Source: Eledone cirrhosa
Taxonomy: Eukaryota
DNA length: 64,000 nucleotides
Direction: 5' to 3'
NCBI GenBank assembly: GCA_964016885.1
Contig: OZ024742.1
Location: 16,430,001-16,494,000 of the forward strand
Shown: positions 1 through 11,653 of the stretch, piece after piece
Numbering within the stretch: the stretch's first letter is position 1
Layout: each line of letters opens with the position of its first letter
Made by a program: the position numbers and the translations under genes
Notes under the pieces: generated by a model
What the model was told of the DNA's origin: nothing
The model's input: only the letters and a program-made list of their open reading frames with translations
Databases searched by the model: none

Positions 1-2500
1 AGGGAGAGCTAGTCAGAAAGCTAGAAGAGGCGTTTAGGACAGGCATCGCAACCGACGTGCTTGCGGCGAGATTGGCACTCGACCAATTCTTCAACGCAAA
101 ACACAAAGGCTGCGTTTTCAGAGCTAGAGCGCGTGCTCTGAAACACGAGCGGACAAAAGCCGTCCAATGGGCCCGGGTGGCAGAGGCGCTACGTGGCAAC
201 AAAGCCACAATTCGGTCTTTGTCTGACCAAAACGGGTTGGTGATGCTCGAAACCGAGCGGATGTGTGAAGCTTTTCAGCAGCACTTTGCTGAACTGTTCG
301 GGAGTGGCGGCAGCCCGGATCGGGGCATGGACTTCAGTGCATACCTCGACGGACTGCCTCGGCTCTCAACGACCGCAGCACAGTGTTGCGAAAAGCCAAT
401 AACAGCCGGTGAAATACGGGAAGCGATGACTAACTGCACAAGGGGTAAATCGCCAGGTTAGATGGTCTGCCCTACGAGCTTTATGCATTTATGCCAGACT
501 TGTTCGGTGACCTCTTGGCAGACGTCTACTGCAACTGGCAGCAGAACGGAAGCATTCCCAGTTTTGTGAGCCGGGGATCAGTGGTGCTGCTGAGAAAAGA
601 CCCGAACAAGGGGGATGTTATCGATAATTTCAGGCCCATAACCCTGCTAAATGCAGAGTTCAAGATTTTGGCCAAGGTGTTAGCAACGAGGTTGGCGCTT
701 GTCGTCAAGGGTCTGGTGGGAGACGCGCAGATATGCGCCATTCCGGACAGATCCATACACGACAACCTCCACCTCATGCGATACATCATAGAGAGGGTGG
801 TTAAGGAACCTGGCAAGGGTGGGGCCCTGATCAACTTGGATCAATCCAAAGCATTCGATAGGGTAGACCACCGGTACCTGGCGGCGGTTCTCGAGGCAGC
901 CGGTTTCAGGCCCGTTTTCAGGGGTTGGATCGCAGCAATGTACAGCGACATCTGCTCAGTTGTGAGGGTGAACGGTCACCTATCGCAGCCGTTCAGCATC
1001 ATGCGCTCAGTCCGCCAGGGTTGTCCCCTCTCGTCCCTCTTGTACGTATTGGCTCTCGAGCCGTTACTGCACAAACTGGGGGCGATGAGGAGCGTCCCAC
1101 GCGAACTAGGATGCGGGATATCCGAGTCGGCTTACGCTGACGACATCACCGTGGTGGTGTCGAGCACCAGACACGTCCAGATGCTAGGCACCGCTCTCAA
1201 GGAATACGAAGCGGTGATAGGAGCAAAGATAAACCAGGAAAAGTCGGTGGGCTTGCAGCTCGGCACCTGGAGAGGCAAGTCCATGCCGTCCGACAGCGTC
1301 GTGGGGCGTTGGACGGACGGACCGGTTAAATTGCTCGGGGTCTGGTTCGGACCGGACCTCCAGATGGAGAACAACTGGAACGAGGTGACGAGCAGGGTGG
1401 CCTCCCTCACCCAGAAATGGGCTGAGAGGAAGCTATCCCTGAAAGGTCGGGCGGATGTGGCGAATGCGTACATCGCATCCGTCATCTGATACCGCCTCAC
1501 CGTCGTCCCTTGCTCCAACCCAACTCTCACCAAAATGGAGCGCCTCCTCTTCCGCTTTTTGTGGAATGGACGCGCTCCCATGATCAGACGATTTATCTGC
1601 TGTCAACACCCGTTGCGTGGAGGACTGGGCATGCCATGGCTGATGATGGGCAAACATGCGCTGAGGCTGCGACATCTCTGGTGCTTCCTTGATGGTGAAC
1701 GGGTGTGGTCGCCGTTCGCCAGGCACGTTTTCCCACAGCTCGTCTACTTGACGGAGCTGCAGTCCTGAGTCAGAAAAAGACCGAGGGATAGCGCTTGGAA
1801 ACTGGAATGTCTCCAGGCGCTCACTGCTCTCTCCCAGCTGGGCACCAGTATCGGTGGAACATCCACCTCGGCGTTCTATAGAGGACTAGTGGAGGGGAAG
1901 AGCGACGACATTCTCGGAGAGATCCTGGGCGTCGAAGAAGATCAGCTGTTTGCTCTCTTCCGGAGAACTTTCAGCCCGGGGCCTATGGATAACTTCCAAA
2001 AATCCCTGGCCTGGCAGTGCTACCGGGGAGCGCTGCCGGTTCGAGATAAGCTCTACAGGCACGGAAGTGCCGTCAGCCGAGCCTGTCCGAGATGCGCGCA
2101 GAGCGACGAAACCGTTGTGCACGCACTCGTTCAGTGCCCGAGCATTGCTGACTTGTGGAGTTATGTCGAACAGTTGCTGTCGCGTGTGGGACTGATCCGG
2201 TTGTCGACTGAGTTCATTGTGCAGATAGTCTCGCTGTCTTCCTTCGAGGAGGAAGGGCAGGCGGTTTTCATCTGCCTGGTGGCCATGGCGAAAGAGATTG
2301 TGTGGTGGACAAGGTTAAAAGGGTTAAAGACAGACACTTTCCTCTTCGGCGAATCCCTAATTAACTTTTTCAAGTTTCACTTGAAGAGGAAAATCAGGGT
2401 GGAGAGGCAAGTGCTGCTTTCTAGCAAGTTTGTTGAAAGGTGGGTGAATGTAGCGAGAATGATCCGAGTGAACGAGACCACTCTGAATATACGTCTGTAG
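1..2500 (+). pseudogene. E1 ORF2 (RT + C-terminal Cys-rich domain), disrupted
   Basis: Split into ORFs 57-461, 491-1489, 1535-1768 and 1889-2500 by stops and a frameshift. Confidence 0.9.
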
Positions 2501-2802
2501 TTTGAGAGATGGAAAAATTGACAGAGGGCGCTTGCCCTGGTGGTCAGGGTGGCCGTGGTCTTTTGTGTGGTTTTCGTCACGAGTAACCCTCGGAGGTTTC
2601 CCCCTATTGGGGAATTTTTCATTGTTTCAATTTTCATTTTTATTGTTTATATATATATGTTTCTATGTCGTTTTTTTTTCTTTTCTTATATAAATAATAA
2701 AAATATTTACACGCACAAAACCCACATCGTACCGTCCTGTACCGTCCTGTGCCGTCTGTAATGTTTTTCTTGATGTCAGCCCTTGTGGCCAATAAAGAAA
2801 TC
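1..2802 (+). mobile_element. L1/Tx1-clade LINE copy E1 (5' part lies outside the window)
   Basis: ORF2 fragments with RT motifs (NFRPITLLN, LDQSKAFDRV, RQGCPLS, YADD) and a C-terminal CPRC..ETVVHAL..C motif. The 3' UTR ends GCCCTTGTGGCCAATAAAGAAATC followed by (ATT)n. Confidence 0.93.
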
Positions 2803-2806
2803 ATTA

Positions 2807-2840
<34 letters not shown>

Positions 2841-3207
2841 GTTGCATTTATCTTGCTTTATGTTCATACGAGTTATCACCAAGTCACAGCCAGTGACCTC
2901 AAGAGACAAGAAGGTCCGCCATGTTCAAGAAAGAACATACAAACACACACATGCATCTTTAGGTGTTTAGACTTGTGATGTACTTATATTGACAGAATCT
3001 TCCTTAGTATATGGGCAGTTCCCATTAGTACTATCTTTTGTATTTCTCCTATACACGGGTTTCCTGGGATTTGAGATAAGTAATCATTAGACCCATTCCT
3101 AGAGCGCCTACAGCCACTGGTATTGTTTTAGTTCTCAGTTTCCACATTTTTCCAATTTCTATCTCAAGGTCCTTATACTTGCTCAACTTTTCAAATGTTT
3201 TTATAGA
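2841..3207 (-). mobile_element. 5'-truncated R4/Dong-clade non-LTR retrotransposon (RLE domain C-terminus + 3' UTR)
   Basis: Manual translation of the minus strand 3206-2984: EKLSKYKDLEIEIGKMWKLRTKTIPVAVGALGM/..EIQKIVLMGTAHILRKILSI*, typical of R4/Dong C-termini. (TAA)n lies on both sides. Confidence 0.85.
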
Positions 3208-3445
3208 TTATTATTATTATTATTATTATTGAATGCCATGGTTGACGGAGGCTTGGCTCTGTAAGGTATAGTAATTTTTAACCGCTATAACAATTGTAAA
3301 TTGTTTAAAACTTTAACCAAATTGTAGATAAAAACACCCTCCTCCTCGTGAGAGGGGTCTTTCTGCCCGTTATTTGGCCCTTCGGGTTAAATAACCACTT
3401 ATTGGGGTTATGTGCCCCATATTCATTTTAAACCGAAAAAAAAAC

Positions 3446-5500
3446 ATGGCTACAAAAAAGAATTTTCACAAGTCACTCCCACCCATTCCGTCTTCTTCTT
3501 CCTCAATCGTCACTACATCAGAGAGAAGATTGTCTCTCTCCCTCCCTTCTCTAAATGTGTCTCTCTCCCTCCCATCTCTTTCGCAAGCGACGCCAGTCAA
3601 GAACTAGAAAAATATAGTTTCTGATAGTTTCCAAGAGCACGTGCATACCACGACGACGACAACGACGAACAATGCGTGCGGTAAATACGGAAAGCCATTT
3701 CATTCGTCTGACGTCATGAATAATAGCAGTAGCAGCCGTAATAACAGCAGCAGCAGCAGCAACAGCAACAACATTAGCAGCAGCAGCAACAACAACAACC
3801 ACAGCAACAGCGGCGGCGGCAGTCGTAGTACCAGCATCAACAACAACAAACGTAACAGCAGCTCTGACGACAACAACAACAACAAGAAAGAAAAACAAAT
3901 CTCGTTTGCAGGTATCGCAAAGAACCTGGAAACCATCCTTATAACAAATGAGGAATTACAGGAAGCAAAGAAGATGGTGACGAAAACTGGACACCGAGCA
4001 ATCTGCAAGGCAGCCGAAACATTTTTCGAAACCCAACAGCACTGTACGGTCACGTACCGTACAGTAAGCACAAAATCACGTAGGGTTGAAAGAGCCACAG
4101 AGGCTCAAATACAAAAAGCCTTAGGGTCTGTGTGGCAGCGGAAAACGCATATTACCCGAGGCAAGAAATATGCCACCGTGGACGTGCTTTTTGCCACATC
4201 CCAGGAGGCAAAGGCTCAATCCTTAGTGACCATAAGGAGCGAGGAAATGGTGTTGGTGGCCTCCTACTGCGGACAAAAAGTTGTGAGGGTCAAACTGACC
4301 CCCCCCCCCCGGGATGGCCCCTTCTTGGTTGGCCGCGTCTGTCCTCGTCGGAATCGAGGACAAAACAACTGTACTGCAAGTACAGACAAAAGTACGAGAA
4401 GATTGGGTCGGCACCTCCATTGAGATGTTAATCCAAACCAACCAGGAGTGCATCGAAGCTATGCCGGATGTGATAGACTTCGATAACGGCACTCAACTGC
4501 CCATAAGTATTGAGGGCAAACGCCCGAAATGCTTTCGTTGTGGATCGAAGACTCACCTCAGGGCCTTCTGCAATGAGAAGACCCTGAGAAAGGTGAAAAC
4601 CCCCCTCCTTCCTAAACCGGCTCCACTGCTACCAGCAACAGGACAAGCGGCAACCAGGAACGATAGGTCCGTGGCACCCATACCCACGCCACGGAAATCA
4701 AGAACAGCAGCAGCAGTGGAAGTATTAACAACAACAACAGCAATACCAACTGCAGCTGCAACAGAGACTCCACTGCAAACATCACCAACAACAACAAGTG
4801 AAAGAGTGGAGCTGGTACCCCTCCCCGACCTCACAGAATCAGACATGGAGTGTGAGGTGGGAGAGGGATGGCAAAAGGTCGCAAGAAGGCACAAACGCAG
4901 AAGCAGTGCATCGTCGCCTTCGAAAAGGGAGGAAAGAAATGAAAAAAGGGTAAAGGCTACTGCAAAGAGACTTACAGCAGCAACACCACCAACACCATCA
5001 ACACCCACACAAGCACCACCATCACCACCGGCGGCAACCCCACCGCAAACAACAACAACACCTTCAACACCACATGCACCAATATCGCAAACACAACAAC
5101 AAAACACACACACCCAGCAACAACGACAAGAAAATAGCAGAACCACACCCCATCCCCAGAAAAACAAATGCACAGCAATAAATACACACAAGAAACTAAT
5201 GACTTACATAATTGAACACACACACATTTCACAGCACGACTACATAATACCAGCACCAATCAAAACACCAACGAACATAAGACTGGCAAGAATAGCACAG
5301 AAACAATACACACATTAAAACGAAATTCCCCAACGCAGTTGGTGATTTCAGAGACCTAGGAGGGACACTCAACCGGAGAGTATATTTGGATATACTCACA
5401 GAAGAGCCGACGACCAGCTGAAGTGACGATTCAACGGTCCCTTCACCAGACGATCAAGTGAAAAGGGATGGAGAAATCATCCTTCCTCTACGTGAAGTAA
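3446..5500 (+). pseudogene. E2 ORF1 (gag-like, zinc knuckle), frameshifted
   Basis: Asn/Ser-rich N-terminus, CFRCGSKTHLRAFC knuckle, Thr/Pro-rich tail. A frameshift lies at the poly-C near 4300. The start ATG at 3446 is inferred. Confidence 0.75.
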
Positions 5501-5539
5501 GATAAGTGGTCTTTCCCATCTTTTCCACTCCATTTCAAC

Positions 5540-8500
5540 ATGACCTCATTCAGAATAGGCACAATAAATACGCGTGGCTTGGGGTCGTCTTGAAATCAGG
5601 GCCACCTGCTCAACGACCTCAGGTCACTAAACATAGATGTAGTGGCCATCAGCGAGACCAGAATCTCCGAAGCACGGCCCTTCGCACCGATCTTCGGTGG
5701 CTACGATGTGTACGCATCTCCCAGCCGTCCTGGATCGGGGGGAGGAGTTGCTGTGCTTTTTCGGAAGGTAAGTTGGTGGTGCTGGACGTGACCAGCGGAG
5801 ACGGGCAAGCTTTCAGGCTAGTAGCCGTCTATGCCCCGACAGGAGCAGGGCGGCCTGATTTCTTCCGGCGTCTGGAGACCTTTCTAGGAAAGGTCCGCTC
5901 TTTAGTGTTAGCGGGCGACTGGAACGGGATCTTAGATGCACGCTGGGACTGTGTGGGATTAGCGGATAGGGGAGGCGGGTGCAAGAGCCTCACCAACCTG
6001 CTCAGGCGTTTTGAACTGTCTGACAGGTACCGATTGGATTTCCCGAATGTGCAATATGGACTTGGACAAACAGCATAGGGTCATCCAGATCATATCTAGA
6101 TAGAGTATTTTGTAGGGAAATAGATAGGTCTAGCATAGGCTGTCCACAATTCAAGATAGTCAGCTACACGAACCACAAATTCGTGATCTGTGTGCTTGAA
6201 TTAGATAGGCTTCATAGACGAGTACCCGGCTACTGGAAGCTAAACGCGTCCTTACCAGCGCGCAAGGCCTACAGAGACCGGATTAGCGAACTAGTTAAGC
6301 GAGCGTTGATGGGGGCCATCGTCAACAACAAGTGGTGTTTTGCTCTGAAAAGAGCGATTAGAATAGAGTCCATTAGGTTTAATAAGGCTTTAGCAATAGA
6401 GAAAAATAGAGCAGAGGGAGAACTAGTTAGAAAATTAGACGAGGCGCTTAGCAAAGGCATCGCGACTGACGTACTTGCGGCGAAATTGGCCCTTGACCAA
6501 TTCTTCAATGCAAGGCACGAAGGCTGCGTTGTCAGAGCTAGGGTGCGTGCTCTCAGACACGAGCGGATGAAAGCCGTTCAATGCGCCCGAGTGGCGGAGA
6601 CGCGTCGTGGCAACAAAGCCACGATCCGGTCTTTGGTGGACCACGACGGGCGCATGCTACTCGATCCCGGGAAAATGTGTGAAGCTTTTCAGCGACACTT
6701 CGCTCAGCTGTTCGGGGGCAGCGGTGGGCCGGGTCGAGGGATGGACTTTAGTGTCTACCTCGACGGACTGCCGCGGCTCTCGGCCACTGAGGCGGAGTGT
6801 TGCGAAAAGCCGATACCAGCCGCTGAAGTAGGGGAGGCAATGACTGGCTGCACAAGGAGTAAATCGCCTGGTTTGGATGGTCTCCCCTATGAACTTTACG
6901 TACAGATGCCAGACTTGTTCGGAGGCCTCTTGGCGGACGTCTACTGCAACTGGCAACAGAACGGGAGAATTCTCAGCTCTGTGAGCCGAGGAGCGGTGGC
7001 ACTGCTGAGAAAGGATTCGAACAAGGGGGATAACATAGATAATTTCCGGCCCATAACTCTGCTAAACACAGAGTTCAAGATTTTGGCCAAGATTCAAGAT
7101 TTTGGCAAAGAGGTTGGCGCTTGTCGTTGGTGGTATGGTGGGAGAGGCGCAGACATGCGCCATTCCCGACAGATCTATCCACGACAACCTCCACGTTATG
7201 CGATACATCGTAGAGAGGGTAGCTAGGGAACTTGGCTGGGTGGGTCCTTGATCAATTTAGATCAGTCGAAAGGTTTTGATAGTGTCGACCATCGTTACCT
7301 AGCGGCAGTCCTGAAGGCGGCTGCTTTGGGCCCGTCTTCAGAGGCTGGATCGCTGCCATGCACAGCGACATCTGATCTGTGGTGAGAGTGAACGGTCACC
7401 TTTCGGAACCGTTCAACATCATGCGCTCGGTCCGCCAAGGATGTCCCCTATCGTCCCTCTGGTACGTATTGACTCTCGAGCCATTACTGCATAAACTGGA
7501 GACGTTGAGGGGCGTCCCGCGCGAACTAGGATGCGGAAGATCCGTGTCAGCATATGCGAACGATGTCACCGTAGTGGTGTCGAACGCCAAACACATCGAG
7601 GCGATCGGCACTACACTAAGAGAATACGAAGCGGTGACAGGAGCAATGATCAACCAGGAAAATTCAGTGGGCCTGCAGCTCGGCACCTGGAGAGGCAGGT
7701 CCATGCCGTCCAACAGCGTCGTCGGTTGCTGGACGGACGGACCGGTTAAATTGCTAGGGGTCTGGTTCGGTCCGGACCTCCAGACGGACAAAAACTGGGA
7801 CGAGGTGACGGGCAGGGTGGCTTCTCTCACCCAGAAATGGGCGGAGAGGAAGCTATCTCTGAAAGGTCGAGCGGAGGTGGCTAACGCGTACATCGCGTCC
7901 ATCATCTGCTACCGCCTGACCGTCGTACCTTGTCCTAAGCCCCGTCTGACTGCGCTGGAGCGTTTGCTCTTTCGCTTTTTGTGGAAGGGACGCGCTCCGA
8001 TGGTCAGGTGGTTCATCTGTTGTCAACACCCGCTACGTGGAAGGCTGGGCATGCCGTGGCTGATGATGCGCAGGCACGCGCTCAGGCTACGACATCTCCA
8101 CCTCTTCCTCGACGGTGATCAGGTGTGGTCGCCGTTTGCTAGACACGTATTTCCCCAGCTCGTTTCCTTGACGGAGCTGCAGTCCTGGGTCAAGCGAAGA
8201 CCGAGAGGGAGCGCCTGGAGACTGGAATGTCTTCAGGCGCCCACAGCCCTCGACCAATCGGGCAATGTGATCGGTGGAAACTCCACCTCGGCGTTCTATA
8301 GAGGATTAGTGCAGGGGAAGAGCGACGACGTACTTGGGGAAACTCTAGGCGTTGACGAAAATCAACTAGCCAATCTCTTCGGAAGAACTTTCGGGCCTGG
8401 TCCTATGGACAACTTCCAGAAATCCCTGACCTGGCAGTGCCACCGAAGAGCTTTGCCAGTTCGGGATAAACTCTACAGGATTGAAGGTGCCGTCAGCCGG

Positions 8501-8920
8501 GCATGTCCGAGATGCGCGCAGGGCAACGAAACCGTCCTGCACGCACTCGTCCAGTGTCCGAGAATTGCTGACTTGTGGGTTTATCTCGAACACCTGCTGT
8601 CGCGTGTAGGACGGATCCAGCTATCAGCTGAGTCCATCGTGAGGATTCTCCCGCCCTCTTCCTTTATCCGGGAAGGGCAGGCAGTTTTTATATGTCTGGT
8701 AGCCATGGCGAAAGAGATAGTATGGTGGACACGTTTGAAAGGGCTGAAGACGAGCACTTACCTCTTCGGTGATGCCCTGATTGACTTTTTCAAATTTCAT
8801 TTGAAAAGGAAAATCAGGGTAGGGAGGGAAGTGCTCTCTTCCCAGCATTTTGTTGAAAGATGAGTGAGAGAAGCAAGAATGGCCCGAGTGAATGGGCCTA
8901 CTCTGAGTATGTGTCTGTAA
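5540..8920 (+). pseudogene. E2 ORF2 (APE endonuclease-RT), disrupted
   Basis: Starts MTSFRIGTINTRGLG; contains LVAVYAP, LAGDWN, GYWKLN and RT motifs (YADD mutated to YAND); several frameshifts. Confidence 0.9.
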
Positions 8921-9221
8921 ATTAAAGGTGGAAAACTGGGAGAGGGTACTTGCCCTGGTGGTCAGGGGTACTGTGGCATTTTAATGGGCTTTCTCCTCAA
9001 ATGTCCCTCGGAAGTCTCCCCCCCCCCCTATTGGGGAATTTTTCATTGTTATTTTTTTGTTACATCCTCTGTTTTTGTTTTTTACACGCACAGATGCCCA
9101 TTTGTACCATCCTGTATTGTCCTGTACTGTCCTTAATGTCTACTTCATGTAAACACTTGTGGTTAATAAAGAAAGTATTATTATTATCATTATTGTTGTT
9201 GTTGTTGTTGTTGTTATTAAG

Positions 9222-9490
9222 ATGATGATGATGATACTGTTAATCTTGAGAGTGATCATGCTTATAAGGATGATGTTAATGATGATGATGATGAATGCGA
9301 TGATCGTGGTTATGATAATGTTGGTTGTGAAGAAGTTGAATAGAGTGAAGATGGGGGTAATGAGAAGAGTGTATACGATGTTGTTGATGATGCTGATAAA
9401 TATGACAATGTTGATGATGATGATGATGATGCTGATGATAATTATGACGATGATGATGATGATGATGATGATGATAATTATGACGATGAC

Positions 9491-9526
<36 letters not shown>

Positions 9527-9541
9527 AATTATGACGATGAC

Positions 9542-9574
<33 letters not shown>

Positions 9575-9578
9575 AATT

Positions 9579-9610
<32 letters not shown>

Positions 9611-10055
9611 AATTATGACGATGATGATGATGATGATAATTATGACGATGATGATGATGATGATGATAATTATGACGATGATGATGATGATGATGATAAT
9701 TATGATGATGATGATGATGATGATGATAATTATGACGATGATGATGATGATGATGATAATTATGACGATGATGATGATGATGATGATAATTATGATGATG
9801 ATGATGATGATGATGATAATTATGACGATGATGATGATGATGATAATTATGACGATGATGATGATGATGATGATAATTATGACGATGATGATGATGATGA
9901 TGATAATTATGACGATGATGATGATGATGATAATAATTATGACGATGATGATGATGATGATAATTATGACGATGATGATGATAATAATTATGACGTTGAT
10001 GATGATGATGATGATTATGACGTTGATGATGATGATGATGATTATGACGTTGATG
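9222..10055. repeat. Compound (GAT)n microsatellite with a 27-30 bp secondary unit (GAT)n-AATTATGAC
   Basis: Read directly from the sequence. Confidence 0.95.
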
Positions 10056-10134
10056 TAAAGACTGGACAGTGTTGAAGACAACACTGACGATTATAATGAA
10101 AACATATAATGTAAAGAAACAAATCAATTTATCA

Positions 10135-10360
10135 ATAATTGTTTCTGATTTAGGCACAAGGCCAGCGATTTGAAGGGGAGGGGTAGGTCGGCTAAATCGA
10201 CCCCAGTGCGTTACTGGAACTTTATTTTATCGTACCCGTAATGATGAAAGGCAAAGTTAACCTCAGCAGGATTTTAACTCAGAACGTAAAGGGCCATAAC
10301 TCATTATCGCAAAGCATGTTGTCCGATGCTCTTCCAATTCTGCCAATCCACCAGCCTCCA
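10135..10360 (-). mobile_element. tRNA-derived SINE family A, diverged copy
   Basis: Shares GGCACAAGGCCAGC...TTTATTTTATCG...GATGAAAGGCAAAGTTAACCTC with the other copies. Confidence 0.8.
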
Positions 10361-10492
10361 CTTATCAACAATGAGAACTGTTACACCCATTTTAACATCG
10401 ATAATAACAGAACAACAATAACATGACTAGCAACAACAATGCTAACGGTAGCATAGATATAACCATGGGGTGGTGGTGGAGTGATTGTTATG

Positions 10493-10674
10493 ATAATTGT
10501 TTCTACGTTTGGCACAAGGCCAGCAATTACCCAGTGCATTACTGGTACTTTATTTTAGCGACCCCGTAAGGGTGAAAGGCAAAGTTAACCTCGGCGCGAT
10601 TTGAACTCAGAATGGCAAGGGCCGTAACTCTATGCGTCAAAGCATGGCGTCCGACCTTCTACCGGTACTGCCAA
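10493..10674 (-). mobile_element. tRNA-derived SINE family A
   Basis: Same body as other copies; B box GAGTTCAAAT on the minus strand. Confidence 0.85.
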
Positions 10675-10920
10675 TATAATAATGTTCATCACGAATGGCT
10701 ACACACACAGGACCTTGTTATAATCAGCAGTAACGGAAGTAATATACAGGTTAAAAGATTGCCAAACTATGAACATGTGACATCGAACATGTGACATCGA
10801 ACATGTGGCATCCAACATGTAGCATTCAACATATTCATCAGTAGACGGCAGACTTATGCTAAAAATTAAACGTGAATGAGCGAATGATGTTACGATCCCA
10901 TTGAAAAATAACAAAATACT

Positions 10921-11060
10921 GACGCATGGCTTAGTGGTTAGAGCAATGGGCTTGCAAACGAAAGGCTGTGAGTTCAGTTCTCGGATCGGGTGATGTGTTG
11001 TTTCCTTGAGCAAGACACTTTATTTCACGTTGCTCCAGTTTACTCAGCTGTAGAAATGAG
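10921..11060 (+). mobile_element. tRNA-derived SINE family B (CORE-like)
   Basis: A box TGGCTTAGTGG, B-box-like GAGTTCAGTTC, then CCTTGAGCAAGACACTTTA, which resembles the CORE domain. Confidence 0.7.
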
Positions 11061-11223
11061 ATGATAGGACTGGGTCCCTATCAGTAAAAGCACCCAAGAC
11101 ACCTCCAACGAGATATACCTTGGAGGAGGCCAGCTAAGCCTGCATAGGTGTGAGCTGTCACACACACACAGAGACTTATGCTCAAAAATAAACGTGAAGG
11201 AGAGAATAATGTTACGATCCTAT

Positions 11224-11285
11224 TGAAAAATAACAAAATATACTGACTTGAAGATCGAAATTGAAGAAATGTGGTCAATACCACA
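11224..11285 (+). mobile_element. Short R4/Dong-like relic
   Basis: Translates KITKYTDLKIEIEEMWS, similar to the 2984-3206 relic. Confidence 0.45.
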
Positions 11286-11653
11286 TGACAACTTAGAAAT
11301 AATTCCAGTTGTCTTTGTAGCTTTGGTCTTGATACCAATAAAACTTTGTAAGGAATAGACCAGACCCCGAAATAAGCTGTGTAACCTCAGGTAGACAATA
11401 TTTTACGGAGGATATTTACAAAAGAAGTAAGCACACATTATCGTAACTACTACTGAGTCTTTTTGCTCGCTCCCGTAAGTTTATTTATTTACCTGTCAAA
11501 ACTTATTTATTGAATTTTTTGTTGTTGTGTAAGGCATACAAGCCCTTGGATTTGCCCTGTGAAGAGGAAAGAATAATATTTGGGCCTTTTGGCCAAATAT
11601 TTGAACTCTTTTGCATTTTAAAAAAACTATCGAAAAAAATAAACAAAAAAAAC

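Larger units (their letters stand above)
3231..9176 (+). mobile_element. L1/Tx1-clade LINE copy E2, apparently full length, decayed
   Basis: ORF1 with CCHC knuckle, then ORF2 with APE-RT-Cys domains. The 3' end is AATAAAGAAAG followed by (TAT)n, and (TTA)n lies at 3208-3230 upstream. Confidence 0.92.

Noticed and set aside
491-1489. Bacterial retron, group II intron or DGR reverse transcriptase
   Set aside because: Sister copies carry an APE endonuclease, a CCHC ORF1 and a TSD, which defines an L1/Tx1 LINE.
4299-4310. Programmed frameshift at the ORF1 poly-C
   Set aside because: E4 ORF1 is open through the equivalent region, so homopolymer slippage or sequencing error is more likely.
7074-7107. 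TTCAAGATTTTGGC tandem duplication in E2
   Set aside because: A copy-specific inactivating lesion, absent from E1, E3 and E4.
9140-10157. Poly-Met, poly-Ile and poly-His ORFs
   Set aside because: Translations of the (GAT)n microsatellite.
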